From a virus (taxonomy: Duplodnaviria; Caudoviricetes): a stretch of 34,104 nt of DNA. The DNA lies in the IMG/VR virus record IMGVR_UViG_3300032303_000311, positions 1 through 34,104 of that record, one strand, 5' to 3'. Made by a program: the position numbers and the translations under genes. The stretch's first letter is position 1. Each line of letters begins with the position of its first letter. A model generated the notes under the pieces. The model did no database searches. It worked only from the letters and a program-made list of their open reading frames with translations, and was not told the origin of the DNA. Positions 26,054 through 34,104 of this stretch are shown here, piece by piece.

Positions 26054-26940
26054 GTGCAGACGCACAATATAAATTAGCATACGAACACCTACACGCTGGC
26101 CGATACGAAGCTGGCTTTAGAGGATTTGAATATCGCTGGCATCCTGACATTGTTGCCAAACAAGCCGTTCCCTACGCACCTGCATTAAAGATGCCTGTAT
26201 GGAGAGGTGAACCCTTATTAGGGAAAACCATTACTGTGCAAATGGAACAAGGATTTGGGGACATTCTCATGTTTGCTCGATTCCTACCAGCTTTAAAGGC
26301 TCTAGGAGCAAAGCAGGTCGTTGTATTGCAAGAAGGTACACTTCACCACCTTTTAGGGCAAATACACGCTGTAGATGTGTTTAGCAACGGTTTAGAGGGG
26401 GTTGCCAATGAATCCGACTATTGGATTGGCTCTATGTCCCTGCCGTACTATATTTCCCTGTCCCATCCTATTGTAAAAGCGATGTTTCCTGTAACACGCA
26501 ACAAAATTGTGGGTTCAGAAGGCTATTTACACGCTATTCCTAGCAATATTCCACCCAAGATCGGGGTAAATTGGGAAGCATCCAAGCAAACCTTGTATTA
26601 CATCAAGTCAATTGCCCATGAACATATGGCAGAACTGGTCGGAGATGACGCTTACAGCCTAAATCCTAACTCTGATGGTCTTTTTCATCCACTTCCTAAC
26701 GATGGTTGGAAAAAAGACTGGGTAAAAACCGCATCCCATATGAAAGCCATGAAAGGCGTGGTAACTGTAGACACGGGAACTGCCCATTTAGCAGGTGCTT
26801 TGGGCGTGAAATGCGTAGTTTTGCTACCTAAAGAGGAATTTGTTTGCTGGCGGTGGAAAAATGCCCGTTGGTACGACAGTATTTGTCTACTTAGACCAAG
26901 TGAATATGACCAACTACCTGAAATCATAAGGAGAATGTAA
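26038..26940 (+). CDS. GT-B (GT9-like) glycosyltransferase with N-terminal TPR-like helix; true start uncertain
   Basis: W.GE.L.GKTI.V..EQGFGDILMFARF, VVTVDTGTAHLAGALG, WRW..WYDS; frame is open and family-like from 26029, about 50 codons before the annotated ATG at 26191. Confidence 0.75.
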   Translation: MTTTVSADAQYKLAYEHLHAGRYEAGFRGFEYRWHPDIVAKQAVPYAPALKMPVWRGEPLLGKTITVQMEQGFGDILMFARFLPALKALGAKQVVVLQEGTLHHLLGQIHAVDVFSNGLEGVANESDYWIGSMSLPYYISLSHPIVKAMFPVTRNKIVGSEGYLHAIPSNIPPKIGVNWEASKQTLYYIKSIAHEHMAELVGDDAYSLNPNSDGLFHPLPNDGWKKDWVKTASHMKAMKGVVTVDTGTAHLAGALGVKCVVLLPKEEFVCWRWKNARWYDSICLLRPSEYDQLPEIIRRM

Positions 26941-27317
26941 TGCTCTGCCCGAAATGCGGATATTCCGAAGGAAACCACATAGAAACCAAGAAAACTGATG
27001 AAGAATTCTTTTTAGAATGGTGGACACCGACTATTGGTGAGGAAGCCGCCAAAGCATCTTGGCAAGATAAAGTCGCTATGAAGTCTAGGGTAGCCCCAAT
27101 GGTAATGTCTGACATTGAAGGGCATATATCTATGGCTGATGGCACTTGGGTATCTTCCCGTTCTAAACATAGGGAAAACCTTAAGCGTAATAATTGCGTT
27201 GAATTGGGTAATGATGTGCCAACCCAACAAAAAGTGCATGAATTTTCAAGAAAAGAGCAACAAGAACGCAAGCGGCAAATTGCTGAGATTGCATATTCCA
27301 AACTTAACTACAGATAG
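26940..27317 (+). CDS. Conserved phage protein with N-terminal CxxC
   Basis: MLCPKCG; SMADGTWVSSRSKHRENLKRNNC.E.GND; precedes scaffold. Confidence 0.6.
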   Translation: MLCPKCGYSEGNHIETKKTDEEFFLEWWTPTIGEEAAKASWQDKVAMKSRVAPMVMSDIEGHISMADGTWVSSRSKHRENLKRNNCVELGNDVPTQQKVHEFSRKEQQERKRQIAEIAYSKLNYR

Positions 27318-27325
27318 GATTAATC

Positions 27326-28423
27326 ATGGCAGAAGAATTAGACCGCAGAGAATTGCTAGAAGCCGCATTAGAACAAGCCGAAGAAGGCACTTTAGAACCC
27401 CCTGTTGAAAAGGAGATTGAAGTAAATGACGATCCAATCCAAGCCGAAGAAGAAGCCAGCCCTGAAGAAAGCAACGACCGTGACGAAAAAGGTCGTTTCA
27501 AAAGCAATGCCGAAGAAACCAGTAGCCAAGACGATACCGATCAAGAACCTGAACTGGCTAATGAAGCTAGTGATGCTGATGAAGAAACAGAAATAAAACG
27601 CCCTACTACTTGGAAAAAAGAGTATAGAGATGTATGGGACAAGATGCAGGAAGGCAAGCCGTTAGATAAGGCTGAGTTTGTTAAGTTTGCTGAATACGCT
27701 AACCAGCGTGAAGCAGAATACAAAAAAGGCGTATCTACCTATAAAGCAGAAGCTGACAATGCACGGCAATTAACCGATGCAATAGGGCCTTTTATTCCTG
27801 AACTTCAAAAACACGGTATTCATCCCGTAGCTTGGATTCAGTCTTTGGGTAGAGCACATTACACTTTAGCCAATGGAACTTACGATCAAAAGATACAAGC
27901 CTTTAATAGACTTGCACAAGATTATGGAATACAATTAAATTCAGATAGCTTACAAATGCCTGAACAGGCGTATGTAGACCCGTACCAACAACAGTTAATG
28001 CAACAACTTCAAGCTACCCAGCAACAAGTTCAGCAACTGTCGGCAATACGGGAGCAAGAGGAAAATGCTCGATTGACCCAAGAAATCAGTCGAGTAAGTA
28101 GTGACAAAGAGCGGTTTCCGCACTTTGAAATGGTACGGGAAGATATGGCTCAATTACTTGAGCGAGGTTTAGCCCCAAACCTAGAAACGGCTTATGCAAA
28201 AGCTGTGCGTATGAACGATGAAGCGTACAAGCTAGAACAGGACAAACTCCTGAGATCAGCTAATACCCAAGCATCTAAGGCACAACAAGTAGCAAAAGCT
28301 AAAGCAACTGCTGTTAGTCCGAAGTCCGTTACTCCTAGCGGTCAGGTGTCTAAGGGAGATGCAAAGGATAGACGATCCTTATTATTGGCTTCTTTAGCCG
28401 ATGTAGAGGGTGGTCGGGTTTAA
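27326..28423 (+). CDS. Capsid scaffolding protein
   Basis: Acidic disordered N-terminus with RDEKGRF, helical Q-rich body, directly upstream of capsid gene. Confidence 0.8.
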   Translation: MAEELDRRELLEAALEQAEEGTLEPPVEKEIEVNDDPIQAEEEASPEESNDRDEKGRFKSNAEETSSQDDTDQEPELANEASDADEETEIKRPTTWKKEYRDVWDKMQEGKPLDKAEFVKFAEYANQREAEYKKGVSTYKAEADNARQLTDAIGPFIPELQKHGIHPVAWIQSLGRAHYTLANGTYDQKIQAFNRLAQDYGIQLNSDSLQMPEQAYVDPYQQQLMQQLQATQQQVQQLSAIREQEENARLTQEISRVSSDKERFPHFEMVREDMAQLLERGLAPNLETAYAKAVRMNDEAYKLEQDKLLRSANTQASKAQQVAKAKATAVSPKSVTPSGQVSKGDAKDRRSLLLASLADVEGGRV

Positions 28424-28446
28424 CTTAATTTTATAAAGGAAATATC

Positions 28447-29941
28447 ATGGCATTTGCTAACTCAGCAATAACCGATATTATCGCTACTACCATTCAAAGC
28501 CGTAGCGGTGTATTGGCAGACAACTTGACACAAAACAATGCAATTTTGCAACGTTTGAACGCTAAAAATAACGTACAGCCTTTTAGCGGGGGAAATGTAA
28601 TCCTTAATGATGGGGTCACTCTGAATTAAAACTCAGATGTGAGAATTCTCTCTGATTGACTTGGAACTCCCGAAGGGGACAACAAGGGGCAAGTTTAAAT
28701 ACAGCCTGAACGACTAAGCGAGAGAACACCTGAAAAGGTGAAGCGATAGTCTGCACTTGGATATAACTTGATGTAATTTAAGTCCAAGAGTTAGGCAGAA
28801 ATGACCTAACATGGTTAAGTTAGTAACCATTAACAAATAGGCCAAGAAATTATGTACAATGATCCAAATACTAACAATGCAAACAGTTATAGTGGGTTGA
28901 CTTCTAGCCCCTTCATTAATTTGCAGTAAGCAAGTTTTTGTAGCAAATGGGATGAATTCGGTGGAAACCTTTAAATTTAGGTGAGTTTAAAGATAATACC
29001 GAGCCAAGCTGTGTATGTAATCCGAAAGGGCTAGGGACACAGAAGGTGTAACGACTAGGGATCGAGCGAAAGCGGTAATATCCCCACGAGCTTCCCACCC
29101 GAAAGGGATGATATAGTCTGAACAGTATGGTGACATACTGAAGTAGAGGATAAAGAGCCACTACGATAACAAAATTGATGAAGTATTGAACATCACCCCT
29201 GATAGCCCTATCTCTGCGGCTCAGTTCAGCATTACGCAGTACGCTGATTCTGTGACAATGAGTGGTCTAGAAATGTTGCAAAACAGTTCCAAGGAACAGA
29301 TCATCGACCTGTTAGACGGCCGTATGCAAGTTTCTGAAGCCCGTTTGTTGAACCGTATTTCTACTGACATCTATGGTGACGGTACAGGTAACGGTGGGAA
29401 AAACATTACGGGATTGGCGGCCGCTATTAGCACTTCTCCGACCTCAGGAACCTACGGTGGCATAAATCGTGCCAACTGGACGTTTTGGCAGAATCAAGCG
29501 ACAACTGGTGTAACTGGTTACGCAAACATTCAAGCTAAGATGACTGATGCCGCTATCAAGTCCGTTCGTGGAACTGATAAGGTTGACACAATCGTTGCTG
29601 GTAACACTTTCTACTCATACTATGTTCAGTCTTTACAGGCTATTCAGCGTATTGCAGGTGTAGAAGAAGGTGCGGCTGGTTTTGCTTCCCTCAAGTTCTA
29701 CGGTGGCGGTATGTCTGCTGACGTTATCTTGGGTGGCGGTTACGGTGCTCAAGAGAACGCAACATATATGTATTTGCTAAACACAAACTACATTTTCCTA
29801 CGCCCACACAAAGAGCGTAATTTCGTTCCTATCGGTGGCGAGCGTCAATCAATCAACCAAGATGCTATTGTTAAGTTGTATGGTTGGGCTGGTAATTTAA
29901 CTTGCTCAAACAGCTTCTTACAAGGCGTTTTGACAACTTAA
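28447..29941 (+). CDS. Major capsid protein, spliced: join(28447-28604, 28842-28897, 29178-29941), 325 aa
   Basis: Joining at U|...G| boundaries gives a continuous frame ...FSGGNVIL-QEIMYNDPNTNNANSYSG-YEVLNITPDSPISAAQF...; AAGGA RBS; position after scaffold. Confidence 0.9.
28605..28841 (+). ncRNA. Group I intron 1 (237 nt, no ORF)
   Basis: Exon ends in U, intron ends in G; P3 TTCTCTC 28646-52/GAGAGAA 28720-26; P7 GACTA 28712-16/TAGTC 28747-51; P8 CACC/GGTG; P9-region hairpins CTTGGA/TCCAAG, GTTAGG/CCTAAC, ATGGTT/AACCAT. Confidence 0.9.
28898..29177 (+). ncRNA. Group I intron 2 (280 nt, no ORF)
   Basis: P1 exon GGGU with GCCC 28907-10; P7 GACTA 29053-57/TAGTC 29114-18; extra GGGAT/ATCCC stem between P7 and P3 (IA-like); P8 CCCGAAAGGG; P9 CAGTATG/CATACTG; terminal G 29177. 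Confidence 0.92.
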
Positions 29942-29968
29942 TCCATTGATTCGAAAGGAAAATATATC

Positions 29969-30262
29969 ATGGCATATACCATTACCCCTTTAGCTGGCAT
30001 CGATTTAGCCAACGTAGCTAATACAAACCCTAACTCTGCTGGTACAGCAATCCCTACATTTGGCCCTACTGGTGCTGAAGTGTTCGGTTCTGACGGCTTT
30101 CGTTATGTGTTTGCACAAGCCGCTGTAGCAATTGGAACATCAACAGCTACTTGTGTAATCAACGCATCTACATTCCAAGCAACTTTGGGTGCAGGTACAT
30201 ACTTGTCAGGTGCTTCTATGGCATCAGGCGATTATGGCTGGTTTAGCAAGGCTTCTGTTTGA
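29969..30262 (+). CDS. Putative capsid decoration/cement protein
   Basis: Small Ala/Gly/Thr-rich protein after capsid; GSDGFRYVFAQA, GDYGWF; AAGGA RBS. Confidence 0.6.
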   Translation: MAYTITPLAGIDLANVANTNPNSAGTAIPTFGPTGAEVFGSDGFRYVFAQAAVAIGTSTATCVINASTFQATLGAGTYLSGASMASGDYGWFSKASV

Positions 30263-30294
30263 TTAGCTTAAAACGCTAAAATGTAGTAAAAACG

Positions 30295-30330
30295 AGGGGT
30301 TATCTCAAAAGGATAGCCCCTTTTTCTTTT
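30295..30330 (+). terminator. Rho-independent terminator
   Basis: AGGGGTTATC/GATAGCCCCT hairpin followed by a T-tract. Confidence 0.85.
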
Positions 30331-30362
30331 AACTTTTACCTAACTACTTAGGAGATTTAAAA

Positions 30363-31013
30363 ATGGCATTACCTTCAGATGAGCAAAATGCAGATTCCCG
30401 ATTACAAGTTCGTTTCTACAAGCGACCAGTAAAACAGGATGATGCTTCCGCAGAAGCTGGCAGACCAATATACAAAGAGTTTGATTTTGTACATATTTGC
30501 GTTGCTGGCGATACTTTGACCGAAATTGATACATTTGCCTTAGAAAGCCATAAACAGCGTTTTCCCCTACATTGGGCGGCATATCAAAACAAACTTGGTG
30601 CTGACGATCAAGGATACGAGGGAACTCCATTGACAGAATGGCCTTTAGTATCTAAATCACAGGCAGAAGAACTCCGTGCTATGAAGTTTCACACGGTAGA
30701 AGCGGTAGCAAACGCATCAGATCAGCAATTACAGCGTATTGGTATGGCGGCAGGAATGTCACCCTATGCGTTCCGTGATAAGGCAAAGGCATTTTTAAAT
30801 CTAGCTACAGCTTCAGCAGAAACTGACAAGAGAGAGCAAGAAATTAACAATTTAAAAGAAGAACTTGCCAAAAAAGATGAAGAAACTGCTAAAATAAAGG
30901 CTGAAACAGATGCGAAGCTGGCTCAGATGCAAGATCAAATGACCGCTATACTTGCCGCTGTTGGTGAAAAGAAACCCCGTAAGCGTAAAGCGGAAGCCAC
31001 AGAGGAAGCCTAA
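30363..31013 (+). CDS. Conserved phage protein of head-completion region
   Basis: AGGAGA RBS; GTPLTEWP..SKSQAEEL...TVEAVANASD HhH-like segment; C-terminal coiled coil. Confidence 0.6.
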   Translation: MALPSDEQNADSRLQVRFYKRPVKQDDASAEAGRPIYKEFDFVHICVAGDTLTEIDTFALESHKQRFPLHWAAYQNKLGADDQGYEGTPLTEWPLVSKSQAEELRAMKFHTVEAVANASDQQLQRIGMAAGMSPYAFRDKAKAFLNLATASAETDKREQEINNLKEELAKKDEETAKIKAETDAKLAQMQDQMTAILAAVGEKKPRKRKAEATEEA

Positions 31014-31015
31014 AA

Positions 31016-31921
31016 ATGTCATATACCATGCTCGAATTAGTACAGCAAGTCACCGCTGAACTAAACTTAGCCGTTCCAACTTATGTAGCAGGAAACACCA
31101 GCCAAGATGTGCAACAGATTCTTGCCTTGATGAATCGTGCTGGATATGATTTGGTTAAGGAGCATGATTGGCAAGCATTAGAACTTGAGTATCGTTTCTA
31201 TACAACTGCAATAACCACGACCTGTAATACTACGAATGGTTCTTATCTATTAGATAACATTCCTAGTACTACAGGGCTGGACAACACTTATTCAATCGTG
31301 GGAACATCAATTCCCCAAGATACTTATGTTGATGAGGTTTTAACTTCAACTAGTCTGAATACTAGTCAGTTGGCTTCAGCAACATCTACAGGCGGTTCTG
31401 TAACTTTCAGTAAGACCATTTACGACTTGCCACCTGACTACGAAACCATTACCGATAACACCCATTGGGACAAGACTAAGCATTGGCAGATGCTTGGCCC
31501 TGTTGATGCACAGCAATGGCAATGGCTTAAATCAGGCTATATCTCAACAGGCCCACGGGTTCGTTGGAGAATCTTAGGCAATACATTTCAGATATGGCCA
31601 CCCTACAACACCCAAGAATATCTAGGATTTGAATATCGTTCTAGGGGTTGGGCTAGAAGTGCCGCTAATGCTGTTAAGAACAGCTTTACTGCCGATACCG
31701 ATACAACTGTATTAGATAACACCGTAATGGTGTTGTTGACTAAACTTAAATACTTCCAAATCAAATCATTTGATACTACTGCGTTGCAACAAGACTATAA
31801 CCGTTATCTAAGCGTTGCTAAGGCTAATGACAAAGGATCAGCTACTTTATCTTTTGCTCCTGCTCCAAGTGCTGTATTGATTGGCTGGGCAAACATTCCT
31901 GATACTGGCTATGGGTCTTAA
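31016..31921 (+). CDS. Head-to-tail adaptor (P22 gp4-like) with inserted beta domain
   Basis: Helical N-terminus (LELVQQV..EL, ILALMNRAG..L...DW..L), YDLP.DY; position before nozzle. Confidence 0.7.
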   Translation: MSYTMLELVQQVTAELNLAVPTYVAGNTSQDVQQILALMNRAGYDLVKEHDWQALELEYRFYTTAITTTCNTTNGSYLLDNIPSTTGLDNTYSIVGTSIPQDTYVDEVLTSTSLNTSQLASATSTGGSVTFSKTIYDLPPDYETITDNTHWDKTKHWQMLGPVDAQQWQWLKSGYISTGPRVRWRILGNTFQIWPPYNTQEYLGFEYRSRGWARSAANAVKNSFTADTDTTVLDNTVMVLLTKLKYFQIKSFDTTALQQDYNRYLSVAKANDKGSATLSFAPAPSAVLIGWANIPDTGYGS

Positions 31922-31923
31922 TT

Positions 31924-33696
31924 ATGGCGGTTGCTAAACGCTTTACCGCTAAGACTACTTCTCTAGCTTCCCCAATTGGGGGTTGGAACGCTAGGGATTC
32001 TTTGGCTGAAATGCAACCCTTAGATGCGGTGCAATTAGTCAATTTCTTTCCTACGCCTACTGATGTAACCCTTAGAAAAGGCTATTCACAAGCATCTACA
32101 GGGATTACTGGCGAAGTTCAAACTTTAATGAATTACGCCAATAAAGATGGCACAAATACGCTTTTTGCTATTGCTGGTGGGGTAATCTATAACGCATCTA
32201 CCTCTGTTGCCACATCTGTTTTTACAGGGCTAGGAAACAGTAAATTTCAGCATTGCATGATTACTACCGCTGGTGGACAGTTTTTAATTGCCGTAAACGG
32301 GGTAGATGCCGCTATTTTGTATGACGGCACACGCTGGTACAAGATGGCTACTACAGCCACAGCCGTGTCAATTAGCACGATTACTAGGGGTGGAGCAGGA
32401 AACCTAACGGCTACCGTTACAACGGCTACGGCTCACGGTCTTGCCACAGGAAATCGGGTCAGCATTAGCGGTGCTACAGAATCTAATTACAACGGCACTT
32501 ACTACATTACCGTTACTGGAACAACTACTTTTACTTACACAATGGCTACTGCACCAGCGGCAAATGCTACTGTGGTGGGTATTTATACCGTTATTGGTAT
32601 AGCAGGGGTAAATAGCAATACCCTAGTAAATATTAATATGTGCCAAAACAGACTGTTTTTTGTGCAAAAAGACAGCATGACATTTTGGTATTTGCCTGTG
32701 CAATCTATCGGTGGTACGGCACTAGACTTTAATTTAGGTGCTATTGCCCGTTCAGGCGGTTATCTGCAAGCAATGGGTACATGGACTTTAGATGCTGGTT
32801 ATGGCGTAGATGACCTATCCGCTTTTGTAACTAGTATGGGTGAAGTCATGGTTTACAAGGGTACAAACCCTAGCGATTCTAATGCTTGGAGTGAAGTCGG
32901 TGTATGGCAAATGGGTCAAACCTTTGCTAGACGCTGTTTCTTTAAATTTGCTGGTGACTTGCTATTGCTAACCCAAGACGGATTAGTGCCAATGTCTGCC
33001 GCCTTGCAATCATCCCGTTTAGACCCCCGAATCAACTTAACTGACAAGATTTATTACGCTGTAAGCCAAGCGGCAACTACTTTTTATGCTGAATTTGGCT
33101 GGCAGATTAACTACTTTGCTAGTGAAAATATGCTCATTTTAAACATTCCTACTGGCACAGGATTTGAGCAATATGTCATGCACACGATTACAAAGTCATG
33201 GGCTAGATTTACTGGAGTAAATGCCCTTTGCTGGGAAGTTTCAGGAAGTAACAAGATTTACTTTGGGGCTAATGGTTATGTTGGTCAGTTTTATAGTCAG
33301 CCTTCTGATAATGGTTCTAACATTACTGCAACTGCACAGCAAGCCTACAGCTATTTTGACAGCCGTGGACAGCTTAAACGCTTTACGCTAGTACGCCCTA
33401 TCCTACAAACAGATAACGGCTTACCGACTGTTTTATGCGGTATTAGCACCGATTTTGATACCCAGCCATTAGTCAATCAAGTTGCCTTTAATCCATCCAC
33501 ATTAGATGTGGGTGTTTGGGACACATCCTTGTGGGATGATGTTAATTGGGGTGGCACTTTGACTACGACTAAATTTTGGCAAGGTGTCACGGGAACAGGA
33601 TTTGCAGGGTCAATTAATATCAATGTGGCATCGCAAGGTATTGAATTGCATTGGGCATCAACCGATTATGTAATGGAAGCCGGTGGTGTCTTATAA
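31924..33696 (+). CDS. Tail nozzle / P22 gp10-like stabilisation protein
   Basis: PIGGWNARDS, LVNFFP...LRKG, propeller-like repeats, WDTSLWD..WG. Confidence 0.75.
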   Translation: MAVAKRFTAKTTSLASPIGGWNARDSLAEMQPLDAVQLVNFFPTPTDVTLRKGYSQASTGITGEVQTLMNYANKDGTNTLFAIAGGVIYNASTSVATSVFTGLGNSKFQHCMITTAGGQFLIAVNGVDAAILYDGTRWYKMATTATAVSISTITRGGAGNLTATVTTATAHGLATGNRVSISGATESNYNGTYYITVTGTTTFTYTMATAPAANATVVGIYTVIGIAGVNSNTLVNINMCQNRLFFVQKDSMTFWYLPVQSIGGTALDFNLGAIARSGGYLQAMGTWTLDAGYGVDDLSAFVTSMGEVMVYKGTNPSDSNAWSEVGVWQMGQTFARRCFFKFAGDLLLLTQDGLVPMSAALQSSRLDPRINLTDKIYYAVSQAATTFYAEFGWQINYFASENMLILNIPTGTGFEQYVMHTITKSWARFTGVNALCWEVSGSNKIYFGANGYVGQFYSQPSDNGSNITATAQQAYSYFDSRGQLKRFTLVRPILQTDNGLPTVLCGISTDFDTQPLVNQVAFNPSTLDVGVWDTSLWDDVNWGGTLTTTKFWQGVTGTGFAGSININVASQGIELHWASTDYVMEAGGVL

Positions 33697-34104
33697 ATGC
33701 TATGTTTTGATAAAGACTTATTAGGGCCATTTATCGCCCAAAAGTTAAACATGGTATGGACACCTGAAAATTCCACCACAATCGGATGGGTAACAGATGA
33801 AATAGAAGCAGTAGTTTGGTATGAGGATTTCAACAAAAAGTCGGTAACTTGCCATATTTATCTTGAAAAAGGATTAAATAGGCAATATTTAGCTACCATT
33901 TTTGACTATCCTTTTATACAATTAGGGGTAGATAAAATTGTTGCCCCTGTGGTAAGTAGTAACGACAAGTCGGTAGAGTTTGTCAAGAAATTGGGGTTTG
34001 AGGAACAAGCACGATTACTTGATGTTTTTCCTACTGGAGATTTGTTGTTTTTTGTAATGTCAAAAGACAAATGTAAGTTTTTAGGAGAAAGATATGGGAA
34101 AGTC
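33697..34104 (+). CDS. GNAT-family acetyltransferase (143 aa), continues across the origin to stop at 142-144
   Basis: Not in ORF track; IFDYPFIQLGVDKI...SNDKSVEFVKKLGFEEQARL; in frame with position 1. Confidence 0.8.
   Translation, partial: MLCFDKDLLGPFIAQKLNMVWTPENSTTIGWVTDEIEAVVWYEDFNKKSVTCHIYLEKGLNRQYLATIFDYPFIQLGVDKIVAPVVSSNDKSVEFVKKLGFEEQARLLDVFPTGDLLFFVMSKDKCKFLGERYGKV
33985..34104. repeat. Terminal direct repeat, copy 2
   Basis: Identical to 1-120. Confidence 0.97.

Noticed and set aside
28447-28629. 60-aa ORF and the TTG-started 251-aa ORF (29186) as separate genes or a capsid pseudogene
   Set aside because: Both are exons; splicing at canonical U/G boundaries restores a single frame
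28916-29161. Antisense 81-aa ORF in intron 2 as a homing endonuclease
   Set aside because: Wrong strand, overlaps the ribozyme core, and has no HNH, GIY-YIG or LAGLIDADG motif
33985-34104. 120-bp terminal repeat as a biological DTR
   Set aside because: It falls in the middle of the GNAT gene and is an exact overlap, as expected from assembler circularisation
1-34104. tRNA genes, integrase/att site, partition system
   Set aside because: None recognised by eye in any intergenic region or ORF

Overview
Complete, circularly assembled genome (33,984 bp plus a 120-bp end overlap) of a small, AT-rich tailed phage with a P22/podovirus-like virion module: TerS, TerL, portal, scaffold, major capsid, adaptor, nozzle, GNAT, ejection proteins, two fibre-like proteins and a holin/M15 endolysin cassette. 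It also has a divergent early region with a single Cro-like regulator, exonuclease, SSB-like protein, PAPS-reductase-family gene and DUF5672-like gene. A freshwater betaproteobacterial host is only an inference. I recognised no integrase, CI-type repressor, DNA polymerase, primase or helicase. Best-supported surprise: the major capsid gene is split into three exons (28447-28604, 28842-28897, 29178-29941; 325 aa spliced) by two ORF-less group I introns flanking a 56-nt micro-exon. Most novel candidate system: several small late proteins and an ADP-ribosyltransferase-like protein end in the same R-R/K-x-L/M-I/L-x3-L/I/M helix found at both termini of the scaffold, suggesting a scaffold-mimic tag that loads cargo into the capsid. 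Other observations are two structured non-coding RNA regions, a TTAAG-N4-CTTAA operator network, leaderless genes, a glycosyltransferase lacking a canonical start codon, a PhaR-box-like site before a mini amphipathic ORF, and apparent GCWGC avoidance. All family assignments are by eye from motifs and synteny; no searches were run.
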